In this document: positions 41,075-53,600 of the stretch, one piece after another
How positions within the stretch are numbered: position 1 is the stretch's first letter
Layout: the number at the start of each line of letters is the position of its first letter
Assembly (NCBI GenBank): GCA_020891255.1
Contig: BQFW01000014.1
Location: forward strand, 744,001 to 808,000
Direction of reading: 5' to 3'
DNA from: Entomortierella parvispora E1425
Taxonomy: Eukaryota; Fungi; Mortierellomycota
DNA: 64,000 nt
The notes under the pieces: model-generated
Databases searched by the model: none
Told to the model about the DNA's origin: nothing
What the model saw: only the letters and a program-made list of their open reading frames with translations
Position numbers and translations under genes: made by a program

Positions 41075-43117
41075 TCAAGCCGGTTCCACGCCAGACATGG
41101 AGTGATCCGGGCCATCAGATCGAATCTCGTCCACAAAACTCCAGTCTGCATCATCCAGAAAGTCAAGCTGCAGCTGGTCCAGCGGTAATGACTGCATCTG
41201 AGAAAGCTGAAGTTGCTCTTGTTCCATACGATGCTGCCGCAGACGTTCTTGTTGTTCCCGAGTTAAAGCGCCTTCGGGCTGTAAAGAGAACCCAAGGGGA
41301 CCCTCGTTGAAAGATATGGTGTTAATATCCGAGTCCAATGAAATGTCCATGGCAGAGTTCATAGGAATGTGCAAAGGTCTGGATAGGTTCATATTCAAGC
41401 CAAAATCCGCAAGATATCCTCCATCCTGGTTCATAGACATTTCCAGCTCTTGTTCGTCCTTCAACATCTGAGCTTGTGACTCGCCCACGAAAGCGACCAT
41501 ATCGCGGAAGCAGTCCACACAATCCACAGTTGGGCGCCCGCATCCACATCCGCAAATCAACACCCCGTTGTCGCCCACCACAGTGGGATGCTGCATTTTC
41601 ATGGATTCCAAGCCAGTGATTCCCCTGCTACTTAGTGTTTGCCTGAGAGCATGATTGGATTCACTGTCATTGTCGCTGGCTCCAATGAGGTTCAAAGCTT
41701 GTGCGATAGTGATTGCAGACGAATCTCCAGGCACAGAGTTGTATCCTTTGGAGCCACAGCATGAGCCCTTCGGCTGTGGATTCTGTGCAATCAGGGATTG
41801 TGTTGGAATAATGTTACTATTTCCGCCACAGCTTGATCCTACTGTCAAGACTCCTGTTGGATCAAAGGCAGCGTCAAGCACATTTTCGTTGGAAGGATAG
41901 GCGAGACATCCTGGACACGCACAAAGTTCTCCACAGCAGCACATATTGGCCGAAATGGAGCATCCACATCCGCCCGCTCCTGGACCAGAAGGACTGCTCG
42001 AACAATTGCCTGCGGTCGGTAATTCCTGTACGTTGGACAGTTCGGGTTTGCAGCATGACTTTGGAGTTGTTAAGACGGGTGCTTTGGTTGGAGTCGGTTT
42101 GGAGGGTTGATTGGGAATAGAGGCGGTGATTCCATTGAGGTATGGTCCAATACCGATTCCTTGGTCTATTGCCATGGACGCCTGATTGCCTTGCGGAAAA
42201 TAAGGTTGAGGTGGAGGAGAATTGTATTGATCACTGTCGTATTCCGAGGAACTCCCCAAGTCGTGGCATAGCTGACTGGGAGTAGAGTTGAGAGATGAGA
42301 AAGTTGGCGATGCTTGAAATCCAGTCGCAGAAAGATAGGAGTGGCTTTCGTTTGTAGATGCTGAATGGCGCAGGTTGGATTTGTCTGAATTGAGTGAAGA
42401 TCCCGGCTGATGAGTTGCCTTGTAGCTCCTGAAAATTCCTGCCCGAGATGGGCCTTTCCCTGGTTTTACCACTACATGTCCTTCGCGGTCACGACAGCAG
42501 GTACAGATTGCACCTGAAAGGCAGCCGCAGGACTGAGAGTCTACATGAAGAGAAAGACAACAGTATCAGCGATCAAGTCTATTAGGACATTGTTGAGTTA
42601 CTGGGGTAAAATACTGTACCTGAGGAGGCTGCCGAGCCAGTGCCTAAAGCTGCAGAGGATTGAGATTCAGTGTTGAGATACGATTAGGGATGAGAAAAGA
42701 TGCATGTTAAGCACCTTCACGATGGTATGACGACCCACCTTCGTCCTGACTACATTTGCATCGGACCTGGACCTGCTTGGCCTTGCGTAGATCCTTGCAG
42801 TGCAGGCACTGCGTTGAAGGGCGACCCTTCTTTTTGACTTCATGCAGCGGGCGATCACTGTTGAATTTGGGATACAAAAACAAGAAATCAATAACAGCAG
42901 CAAAGGACATCATCTTGAAGACAGGTGGTTTCCGGGCAATACCTGTGGTTGCAAGAAGAGCTTCGATGGCCCTTGATGCATGTTTCGCTAGAGGACAGTA
43001 GGCGTGAGTGGAAGAATGGAGGTTAGGTCCAGGCAGCGAGCGGGATTGACCCCGACGGAGAGCAGACAGGCGGCATTGTTCTCACCAAGCAAACTTTTGT
43101 CCGTTGACGACGACCAT
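41075..43117 (-). CDS. Copper-fist transcription factor (Mac1/Cuf1/Ace1 family)
   Basis: Spliced N-terminus MVVVNGQKFAC|ETCIKGHRSSSCNHS|DRPLHEVKKKGRPSTQCLHCKDLRKAKQVQVRCKC. Further Cys clusters CGCLSGAICTCC, CCCGELCACPGC and CGCGCGRPTVDCVDC. Confidence 0.9.
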
Positions 43118-43141
43118 TGGCCGTTCAGATGGAAAGGAGAG

Positions 43142-43237
43142 GATGGATGGATGGATGGATGGATGGATGGATGGATGGGGGAGCAAAGGGGCAGCGAGCG
43201 GTGTGAGTCAGCAAGCAAGCAAGCAAGCAAGCAAGCA
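43142..43237. repeat. (GATG)n and (GCAA)n microsatellites
   Basis: Two adjacent tetranucleotide runs just upstream of the copper-fist ATG. Confidence 0.85.
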
Positions 43238-43643
43238 AACAAACAATGAGGGAATTGCGGAATAGATGGATGGATGGATGGGAAGGGAGAGAGGAGGGAG
43301 AGGGAGAGAGAGCCGAGCGAGAGGGAGACCGACTCCCTTTGGGCGCAGACCCCCCATTCGCGGCCAGAAGCGCCGCCTTCCCTTTGACGAGGTCGATTGA
43401 ATCTACACAGGGTCAGCCGAGAGAGTGACGTCACTCTTTTTTTTTTTTGTGTGTGTTTTTTTTTTTTTTCTTCTTTCTGTGGTCTTCCTTTTGTGCTGGC
43501 TGTGTGTGTGTCTGCCTGTCTGGGGTTGGGTGGGTGGGTGGCGGGTAACTTTTTTGGATATCTCTCTGCGTCTCTGTTTTCTCTCCTTTTCTTTTCTTTT
43601 TTTCCATCACCCCCCTCTCTCCCTTCGAACAATCCCATTCGAC

Positions 43644-45228
<1,585 letters not shown>

Positions 45229-46717
45229 AGCAGAGCTAAAGAATCCATCACTATTTTTTTCTTTCGTCTGTTTGCACTCTTCCATTTCTCTTTTCTCCCA
45301 GCCAACTTTTATACGTTTTCCCACATTCCCACATTCCCCCCTTTCCCCTTCCCCGGACTTCCTACTAGTAACATTAAAAAGATCCTTTTACAAGCTTATT
45401 GCAACTTTTTTTAAAAAGAGTTCCCTTTATGTCTTTGCTTCTCGACCTACCTTTGGTTTGCGTGGATCATGGTTGAGGGCGCACAAGGCACATTCCACAT
45501 CAAAGAATGGTACCATCAAAAATAGAGAGCTCTAGTCTCGACACCTTCAATATCCTCTAAGAAAAAGTGTTTCGTACCAATGAAAGCGAGGAAAGTGCAG
45601 GTAAGGAGCACGAACTCCTTTTCTCTGTCGCATCAAGGATGGTCAAGACGTTCACGATGCCTGTTACGTGGTTTCTCATAATCCCTTCTTTCCCCTTTTG
45701 TTCTTCAGATAAGAAGGAGATGGAAGAAAAAGACTCGGGCAAGGCAAACAAACTACAAATACTTGGCGGAGCTGGCGCGTCAACAGCGCGCCTTATTTTA
45801 TTTTTTTTTTTTTTGCACGAGAACCATTCCGGAAAACTAGTTCGAGAGATGTGAATAGAATATCACGGAGACGGCATCCGACGTCGGTGTCTGGAGTGTG
45901 GATGAGTGCAGTAAGCTGACTACTCTGAAAGAAGGAGCTCACATCCTGAGATGCTCTCAAGACGGCGTCAAAGGGTTTGGAGTGATCGGCATCGACATGT
46001 CGCGTCAAAGGAGCAGGAGTCATTCATGAAGCGACAGGGTGGATCAAGACTCTTGCTTCTACGCGGTAATATTCTCTCTCTGTTTCTTCTCTATGGCGAT
46101 CGCCTACAAAAATGGCACGCAATGAGCTGCTGTGCTTTTCAGTGTAACTGTTGTAATTGTTGTTCTTTGTGGAATGTCTAACCTGTGGAATCGAAATCGC
46201 ATGTACAGTACAGTCAGTTCGCAGACAGCAGGACGCGAATCCATGCTGCCTGATTCGTTTCAACAGCTCCATGCTTCCGCGTAATGAAAGTAATACACCA
46301 TATACAAGGGATGATGACACATCATTATTGTTTATTTTTGTTTTTTTTCTGCGGATAGATAGACCCATGATAGAATGGAACTGAAAATGTAAAGGAGAGA
46401 AAGACAGACTGCAAGCTGTGATAGATGGTAATAGATGACGAGAGCGGTTTACCTCAAGGCTCCGTCTCCTATTGCTCGTTACTTTTTTCTTTAAAAAGCC
46501 CAATAGGCGGCACGGGCCAGCACGCCAGCTACCACACCTTTATCTTAATCGACTGACTTTTGCAAGGAACCGAAGAACAACTCATGAGGTTGAGACCCTA
46601 TCGCCACAAGTTAGCCCTCTGTGCTGTATTAGCTCTAGGGCTGCATTCACATGGAATCACAGCCAGCAGTCCACCACGACTGTCGGCACAGTCAAAGTCT
46701 CAGAGTACGAGTGCCAA

Positions 46718-48728
46718 CATGAGTGATTCAAAGTCGCAGCTCATGACCAGTGAAGCCATGGCCCAAAGCATTGTTGGATCCCCTCTCTTCTCACATTCTC
46801 TCTCTCTCTTTTTTCGACACAGCTTCATCGAACAAGGCGCCGTCACTCCAAAAGGGGCATCCTGCTGAGGATCTACTTTCCCTGCCCCTGGACCTGCTTT
46901 CAAATACCACCGCAACATTATTGAAGGAAGAACCTACGTACAAATGGAGGAACTGGGCAGGCAATCAGCACGCCAACCCCGCTCGGATATTCCACCCTCG
47001 AAGCATCAAGGATCTCTATTCAATTGTTCAAAAAGCAAAAAAGGATAACAAGCAGATTCGTTGCGGAGGAGCTGGCCATTCCTGGTCCTCAACAAGCGTT
47101 GTAAACGAAAATGGATTCCTTGTGGATATTTCAGACATGGGGAAGATCTATAAACCAGTCCACGTTGAAGACAACAACTGGACTGTAGAGATTGAAACCG
47201 GCGTCTTGATCCTGGACTTGGACAACTATTTGATGGACCATGATCCGCCACTCACTTTGCCCTCCAATGTCGTACTGGACTCGATCCGGTATGGAGGCGT
47301 CATCTCACTGGGCTGTCATGGAGCTGCAACTCATACGCGCACGATATCAGACCTTGTGACAGAGGTCAAAATTATCGACGCCAATGGAGTACTGCACTCG
47401 TTCTCGAAAGACAAGGATCCCATCGAGTTTTCAGCAGCGACCGTGAACCTTGGTCTTCTGGGTCCTATATACAGCTATACCATCCGGGTGGAGACAATGT
47501 TCAAACTTCTGATGGTACACCTTTCAGTGCAACTTGCTTTTTTTTTTTTTTTTTTTTTTTTGGCCCAACATCTACTCATAATGAACTTCGTCCATGGCTG
47601 TGATAGACCGACACGAATCCGCCTCTGAAGGACTACTTTAGTGACCCCGTAGTCAGCGGCCCGAAACTTAAGACCATGGTGCTTGGGAACGATCAGACCG
47701 AGCTGTTTTACTGGCCATTTAACAGTCCTGGCCTCAGTCCCGAGGGCGACAGCATCTGGATAAAGCAATGGCAGCGCACAGACCTTCCAGTGACGGAAAC
47801 GGCACTGTCGCATGGCCTGAAGAGCTTTCTGGAACCACTCGAGACCTCTTTTGGATATACTCTCTATGAGTACATGGCAGCCAACCCCATGTCGACACCA
47901 TTCGTGAACTATCTCATTCATTCAGCTTTGGTACATCAGGGACAACAGGTGTTGTACGCTCCCCACGGGATTCATTACCAGGCTGGAATCGACAACCTTC
48001 CCTGCCTTGATCTGGAAATGGCCTTCAAGACGGATGATAACTTTGAGAATGTGGTCAAAGCCTGGACATATGTCATTGACCTTGTAAGTTCAAGTGTTTA
48101 AAGGCAACTCTGACCGAGAACCTTGCTGCGGCCTTCACTTAAAAAGAGGATTGGGAAGGACATCTTGATGTCTAAACTGCTGGTCCCTATCGATTAGATC
48201 TACGAATACGCGCGTCGTGGAGAGTTTCCACTGAATCTGGCTCTGGAGATGCGTTTCGTCAAAGCATCCACCTTGGTCATGTCGAGCGCATACGACGAAG
48301 ATCCAGACGCTATATATTGTATGATCGAAGTGCTTTCGGTAGTAAATACCAAAGGGTTCGAAGAGTTTTCGGCCAAGGTTGCGCAGTATTGGATGGAAAA
48401 CTTTCAAGCAAGGTAAAAGTGAACTTTTGAGATCTTGGTTGATTCGTAGTTTTTGAGGCAGTTCTTTGTGTTCCCGAGTGTGTTTTTCCTAATCACTTCA
48501 ACTGTGGGACATGAATGGAATAGACCTCATTGGGCCAAGATGTGGGAACACGTTCCTGGTATAGTCCCCTATCTCCGGAGCGGCAATGGAAATCGTTACG
48601 ATCAGTTTGAGGCGGTTCGCAAAAAGTACGACCCCAACGGAATGTTTTTGACATCAACCTTTGCAGGTGTTCTTGGTCATAGCACTGACAAAGAGAAGGG
48701 CCAGACTCAGGGGAAGGCCAAGAGATAA
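46718..48728 (+). CDS. FAD-linked oxidase, D-arabinono-1,4-lactone / L-gulonolactone oxidase family
   Basis: WRNWAGNQ, IRCGGAGHSWS (covalent-FAD His position), GGVISLGCHG, SAATVNLGLLGPIY, LEMRFVK, RPHWAKM, KYDPNGMF. Start codon uncertain. Confidence 0.85.
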
Positions 48729-50127
48729 AACCAGAAAGATAGTAGATAGAATCGAATATGCTATTCCATATATAGACCTCCGCGCTTCTTTGTAATTGAA
48801 TTGATTAGGAGGGGTCTTTTATTCAGTCGTATTCAGCATGTATTCCTGACTTTTGTGAGTGATGTTTCGAGAATGCACTCTGGTTGTAGCCATGCCCTTG
48901 GCCAAGCCTATCTATGCATGTGTCCATATCCTGTGCTGTTTATTGTTTCTCAATGTACCCGAAAACATGTATTTCCACACCTGTGGCTACTATCGAGCTC
49001 CGCTGTTGTTACATCCGCAGGTGCAGAAGCCCAGGGTTGTCGCCAGAGTCCTTGATCCGTGATTTTGCCAAGCCGGTCTACGTTTCATAGCTTGCTGCTG
49101 GAGCTACACCTCCAATCTATCCATTCAGTAGAGCAAAGAGCCCTAAGATCCTAGTAGGTGGAGGAAGAAAAGACGCTGGGTCGTCTGGGGAAAAATGATC
49201 GACGACTGGTTCCACCAGTTTGCAACAATTGACACGCTAGGACAGTCAGGCTGATGTTGTGCAGTCAGGCTGATGTTTTACTCTGACAAAGAGGACATTC
49301 TTGCCATGTCGCCAGTAACGCGCCTGCTCCAGAAGCTGTTGCCGCCTGATCAACACTCGTTATTGAGTCTACTGCCGCAAGAGTGGCAGTCGCTCAAATG
49401 CTCATGTGGAGACAGTTGCTAACATTAGACTTCACATGGGTTGATGGAGTGCCACCGCGATGACGAGTTGGTGCTATGGAATGCATTGAATCCTGACGTC
49501 TCCGACCGTCCATCCCTGCGCCAGTCCAGAGAGTTAATGGAGCCAATGGTAGTCTAGGGTCGACGTCTTCATGTCCATGGGGAGCAAGAGATTGAAGGTA
49601 AAGTGGAAAAGTGTTGCTGCATGCGTGACCAAGACCCAGCCCACAAGCCACAGGGACGCGGTCCTGTCGCGTCGCGTCGTCGACCGCCGTCTTTTTTTTT
49701 TGGGCTCAATGGTCGACTCCCATGCACGCGCGCAGACACTCACTCTTCTGTCCCCGTTGCCTGTTTCCTTCTTCCTCCCCCTACCCCCTTTTCGTTTCTA
49801 CCATTTGTCTTGTTTGTTAACCTGCTTGTTTATTCGAGAAAACAACATGGATTCCTTCCCCATCCCCTTTTTTGTTTGTTATTCGTTTGTTTGTTGAGGT
49901 GCTTTTCTGACCCCTGTTCCTACTTCTCCCCTCAGCCTTTTAGTTTATTTTGATTGGACTCCCAAGATAATGGAATTATGTAACAACTTCTGCCTCGACC
50001 AACTGAAAGTACCGATGTTGTTTTGTTTGCTTCCCTCCGTTTGGACTTCATCATGAAATAGAATCTGAGATGAAGAGATTTCTTCCCCCTTTTCGATTTG
50101 AGGTAGAACTCACCAACCTTGCTTCCG

Positions 50128-50257
50128 AACATTAGCCATTCCATTTTAAAAACTGGGGTTAGTTTTTGAACGCTAGCCATTCCAATCCCACGACGGAAAA
50201 ACTGGGGTTGGTTCTAAACGTTAGCCATTCTAGTTCTACCATGGGCAAACTGGGGGT
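50128..50257 (+). promoter_or_regulatory. Three-copy upstream repeat containing AAACTGGGG (SYGGRG-type) sites
   Basis: AACRYTAGCCATTC..(variable)..AAACTGGGG occurs three times about 380-510 bp upstream of the ATG at 50637. Confidence 0.5.
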
Positions 50258-50636
50258 GAGAAAGATCCATAACAAACTACCAGGGGTAAGGACAATCGGA
50301 AAATCGCCCCACAAAAAAAGACAATGCCAGAGTGGATTTTGAATCACTGTTGGATAATGCCAGACCGTGCACGTTACTGCAATGTCGTAAAAAAGATCAT
50401 TCCTCGAGAGCACTTGTGGTATTGGTTCTCACCCTCGTCTCTTTATCCCCTAGATTTCAAAAACACGGGTTTTCCCGCCGCCGAGAGAGAGAGAAAGGAA
50501 GAAGGTACTCCCTTGATCAGGCCTCTTTAAAACCTTCTCGCCTGGTGTCATTTCTCACCATCCTCATTTATCGTCCTCACCCACCTCAACTTTGCCAGAC
50601 ATTGTCAGTTACAGAAAGATCACTAGAGGAACCAAT

Positions 50637-53600
50637 ATGAGGCTCCTCGCATCGCGTCTTTCCGCCTATGTGGCCATTGCCAGCATCATCTGTCTCTCGA
50701 CAACCTTTGCTGACGATACCGCGGGCACAGATGATATCGGCACCCCAGATGTCGATGTCAATACTGGCGTCCCCGACGGGGACTTTAACGCTCTTCATAA
50801 CGGAGGCAAAAACCATCACCACCACCATCATCGCGCCAAGAACAAGTACAGATACGACAGTAAGTTTTCGCGATCTCCTTCCCCCCCCCCCCTCCCCCAA
50901 GGACCCCTTTCAATCACCCCGATCCATGCTATTGTCAACTGAATATTTTTGTTTCTAATATCCTCTCGTCATTTTTTTTCATGTTTATCCAATGGCTGCG
51001 TCATCTTCCTTGTAGAGACGGTGTTGAATCTTGTCTGCGACAACATCGTTATTGACAAGCTCGTGTGCAAGGTTAAACGTGCGCCGCCACCCATCGTGTA
51101 TGGACAGTCCTTCTTGGAGGAATTGCAGGCACCGTTTGCAGTCCCGGACGACGCTCCACTGGAAGCGCTCAATAACGGTGGCTGCAAGATTACCAATGTC
51201 TACATTAATATGGACAAGCCGTGTTCGAAAGATCTTCCACCTCTTTGCGCCGCCGCTATTGAAGAGGCAGCGAAGGAGTCCGAAGAATCGGAAGAACCCA
51301 AAGCATTGGAAGAACCCAAAGAATTGGAAGAACCCGAAGAATCGGAAGAACCCAAAGACTTTGAACCTGACACAGAGGTCGACGATAAAGATGAAGCCAG
51401 TAAAGACACAGCTGCTGAGACCAGTGAGGGTGTTGATACCGAGGTTGACACCGATCTGTGGAAGAAGAAGAACCACCACAAGCAGGATAAACACCACAGA
51501 CAAAGACACCATCATCACAAAAACATCCATCACCGCCACCACAAAAGACCCCACCACCACGGCCACAAGAAGCCAAAACATCCATACGAAAACCTTTGTG
51601 TTGCAGTGGGTGAATTTTGCGGTGATCAACTCTACGGGTGCAAGTTTGATTCCAAGACACGCTATCGGTGCACGGCCGTTGGCGAAAAGCCCGTGGTCGT
51701 CCAGCGCAACGCTGACAGCTGTGGTGGAACTGACAGTGGAAAATGCAAGTGCAAGTCCACAAAGCCTGTCTGCGGTGCCACACTTGACCCCGAATGCAAG
51801 GCAGATCTGAGTGCCATCTACCACTGTCCCAACGGCAATGGCACAAAGTACGAGATCCTCCAGATCTGCAGCCCTGGCACTCAGTGCACCACAGACAAGG
51901 ACGGAAATGCCTCTTGTGGTTCCAACACCTGCAACTGCTCCGGAAATAAGGAGATCTGCTCCGATGTTTTCCCCGAAAGATGCAACCTCCAAAAGAACTC
52001 CATCTACCGATGTACTCACACAGGAAAGCCAGAGTTTGTTAGTTCCTGTGGAGACGATAAGGTCTGCTTGACTCTTTCGGATGGCGCTATTTGCAGAGAC
52101 AAGGACTGCAAGTGCACCGTGGACGGCACTGTCTGCGGCACGGGCTTTCCCCCTTCGTGCCGTCTTCCAGCAACGAGCCTGTATAGCTGCAAGAAGGGCG
52201 AATCGCCAGTCCTGATCAAGGATTGTTCCCCTAACCAGTGCATCGCCTCAATTGCAACTGACACCGTGGCAAAGGACAGCTGCGCAGACCCATGCCTGTG
52301 TACATCCAAGGGCAATGTAAGTGACAAAACAAAGATGTGCGTCCTTCAGGTAGCCATAGGATCAAAACAAACATGCTGATATCCTGCACCTCTTTATACC
52401 TATCTCGGACGATTGTAGGTTTGCGGTTCCACCTTCCTTTCATCGTGCGGCCTAGACAAGGCAGCTCTTTATAGATGCGATGGGGCCGGTTCCAAACCAG
52501 TCTTTATTGAAGTATGTGAAAATGCCTGCGCTGTCAATGCTGGCGATGACTCCTGTGCCGGTAAATGCCAATGCCCAATCAGTGCCAGCGGAAAGCCGAT
52601 CTGTGGTGGCAGTCTCGATCCTTCTTGTGATGCAGACCCAACGGCCATATATCACTGTCCGAATGGCGATGGAACCCGCCCGCAGATTCTCAAGAAGTGT
52701 CTCCCTGGAACCCAGTGCACAAGCAACAACGGCAACGCCAACTGTGGCTACGCGACTTGTACCTGCACAAGCGACGTTGTAGCTTGCTCGGAGCAATTCC
52801 CAACCACCTGCAAGCTTGTTCCCAACAGTGTCTACAAGTGCAACTCCAGGAAGCTGCCTGAGCTTGTCAAGACCTGTTCCAATGCCGAAGAGTGCGTTGC
52901 TGTTATTGACGGTGCAATTTGTGCCAACAAGGACTGCAAGTGCGCTGATGATGGCAACTTCTGTGGTATCATTTTCCCGATCTCGTGCCGTCTCCCTGCC
53001 TCCACTATCTATAGCTGCAAGAAGGGAGAGGATCCTGTACCTATCAAGAACTGTGAACCTGGCACCTGCTCATCTTCTGCTGCGACCAACCAGGCTGGTG
53101 ATGTTTTTGGCGACGACAAATGTATTTCTGACTGCGTGTGTGTTGGCAGAGGAAAGGTATGAGCATCGGCCTTAAAAAAATCATGGTGCATGAAGCATCC
53201 ATCAACAACTTCCAGCGGCTGACAAAAAAAAAACACTTTTTTCATAGGTCTGTGGCTCTACCTTCTCCCCCAAGTGTGGATTGGATGCCAACCGCGTCTA
53301 CCAATGCGACGGTTCTGGCGCACACCCCAAACCACTTGATTTCTGTAAAGACAAGTGCATTTCTCAAGCTGGTGGTGCCATTTGCTCTGATCCCAGCGAC
53401 AAATGTTTGTGCCCAATCAATGCCAGCGGAAAGCCGGTCTGTGGTGGCAGTCTAGATCCTTCTTGTGATGCAGATCCCACGGCCATCTATCATTGTCCGA
53501 ATGGCGACGGATCCCGTCCCGAGATTCTCAAGAGGTGTCTCCCTGGAACGCAATGCACAAACCACCATGGCGATGCCAACTGCGGCTACACAACTTGTAC

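Noticed and set aside
49243-49276. 19-bp tandem duplication CAGTCAGGCTGATGTT
   Set aside because: It is an isolated two-copy slippage product with no further structure.
50128-50257. CRISPR-like repeat/spacer appearance
   Set aside because: Only three degenerate copies with 8-16-nt unequal spacers, no cas genes, and a eukaryotic context.
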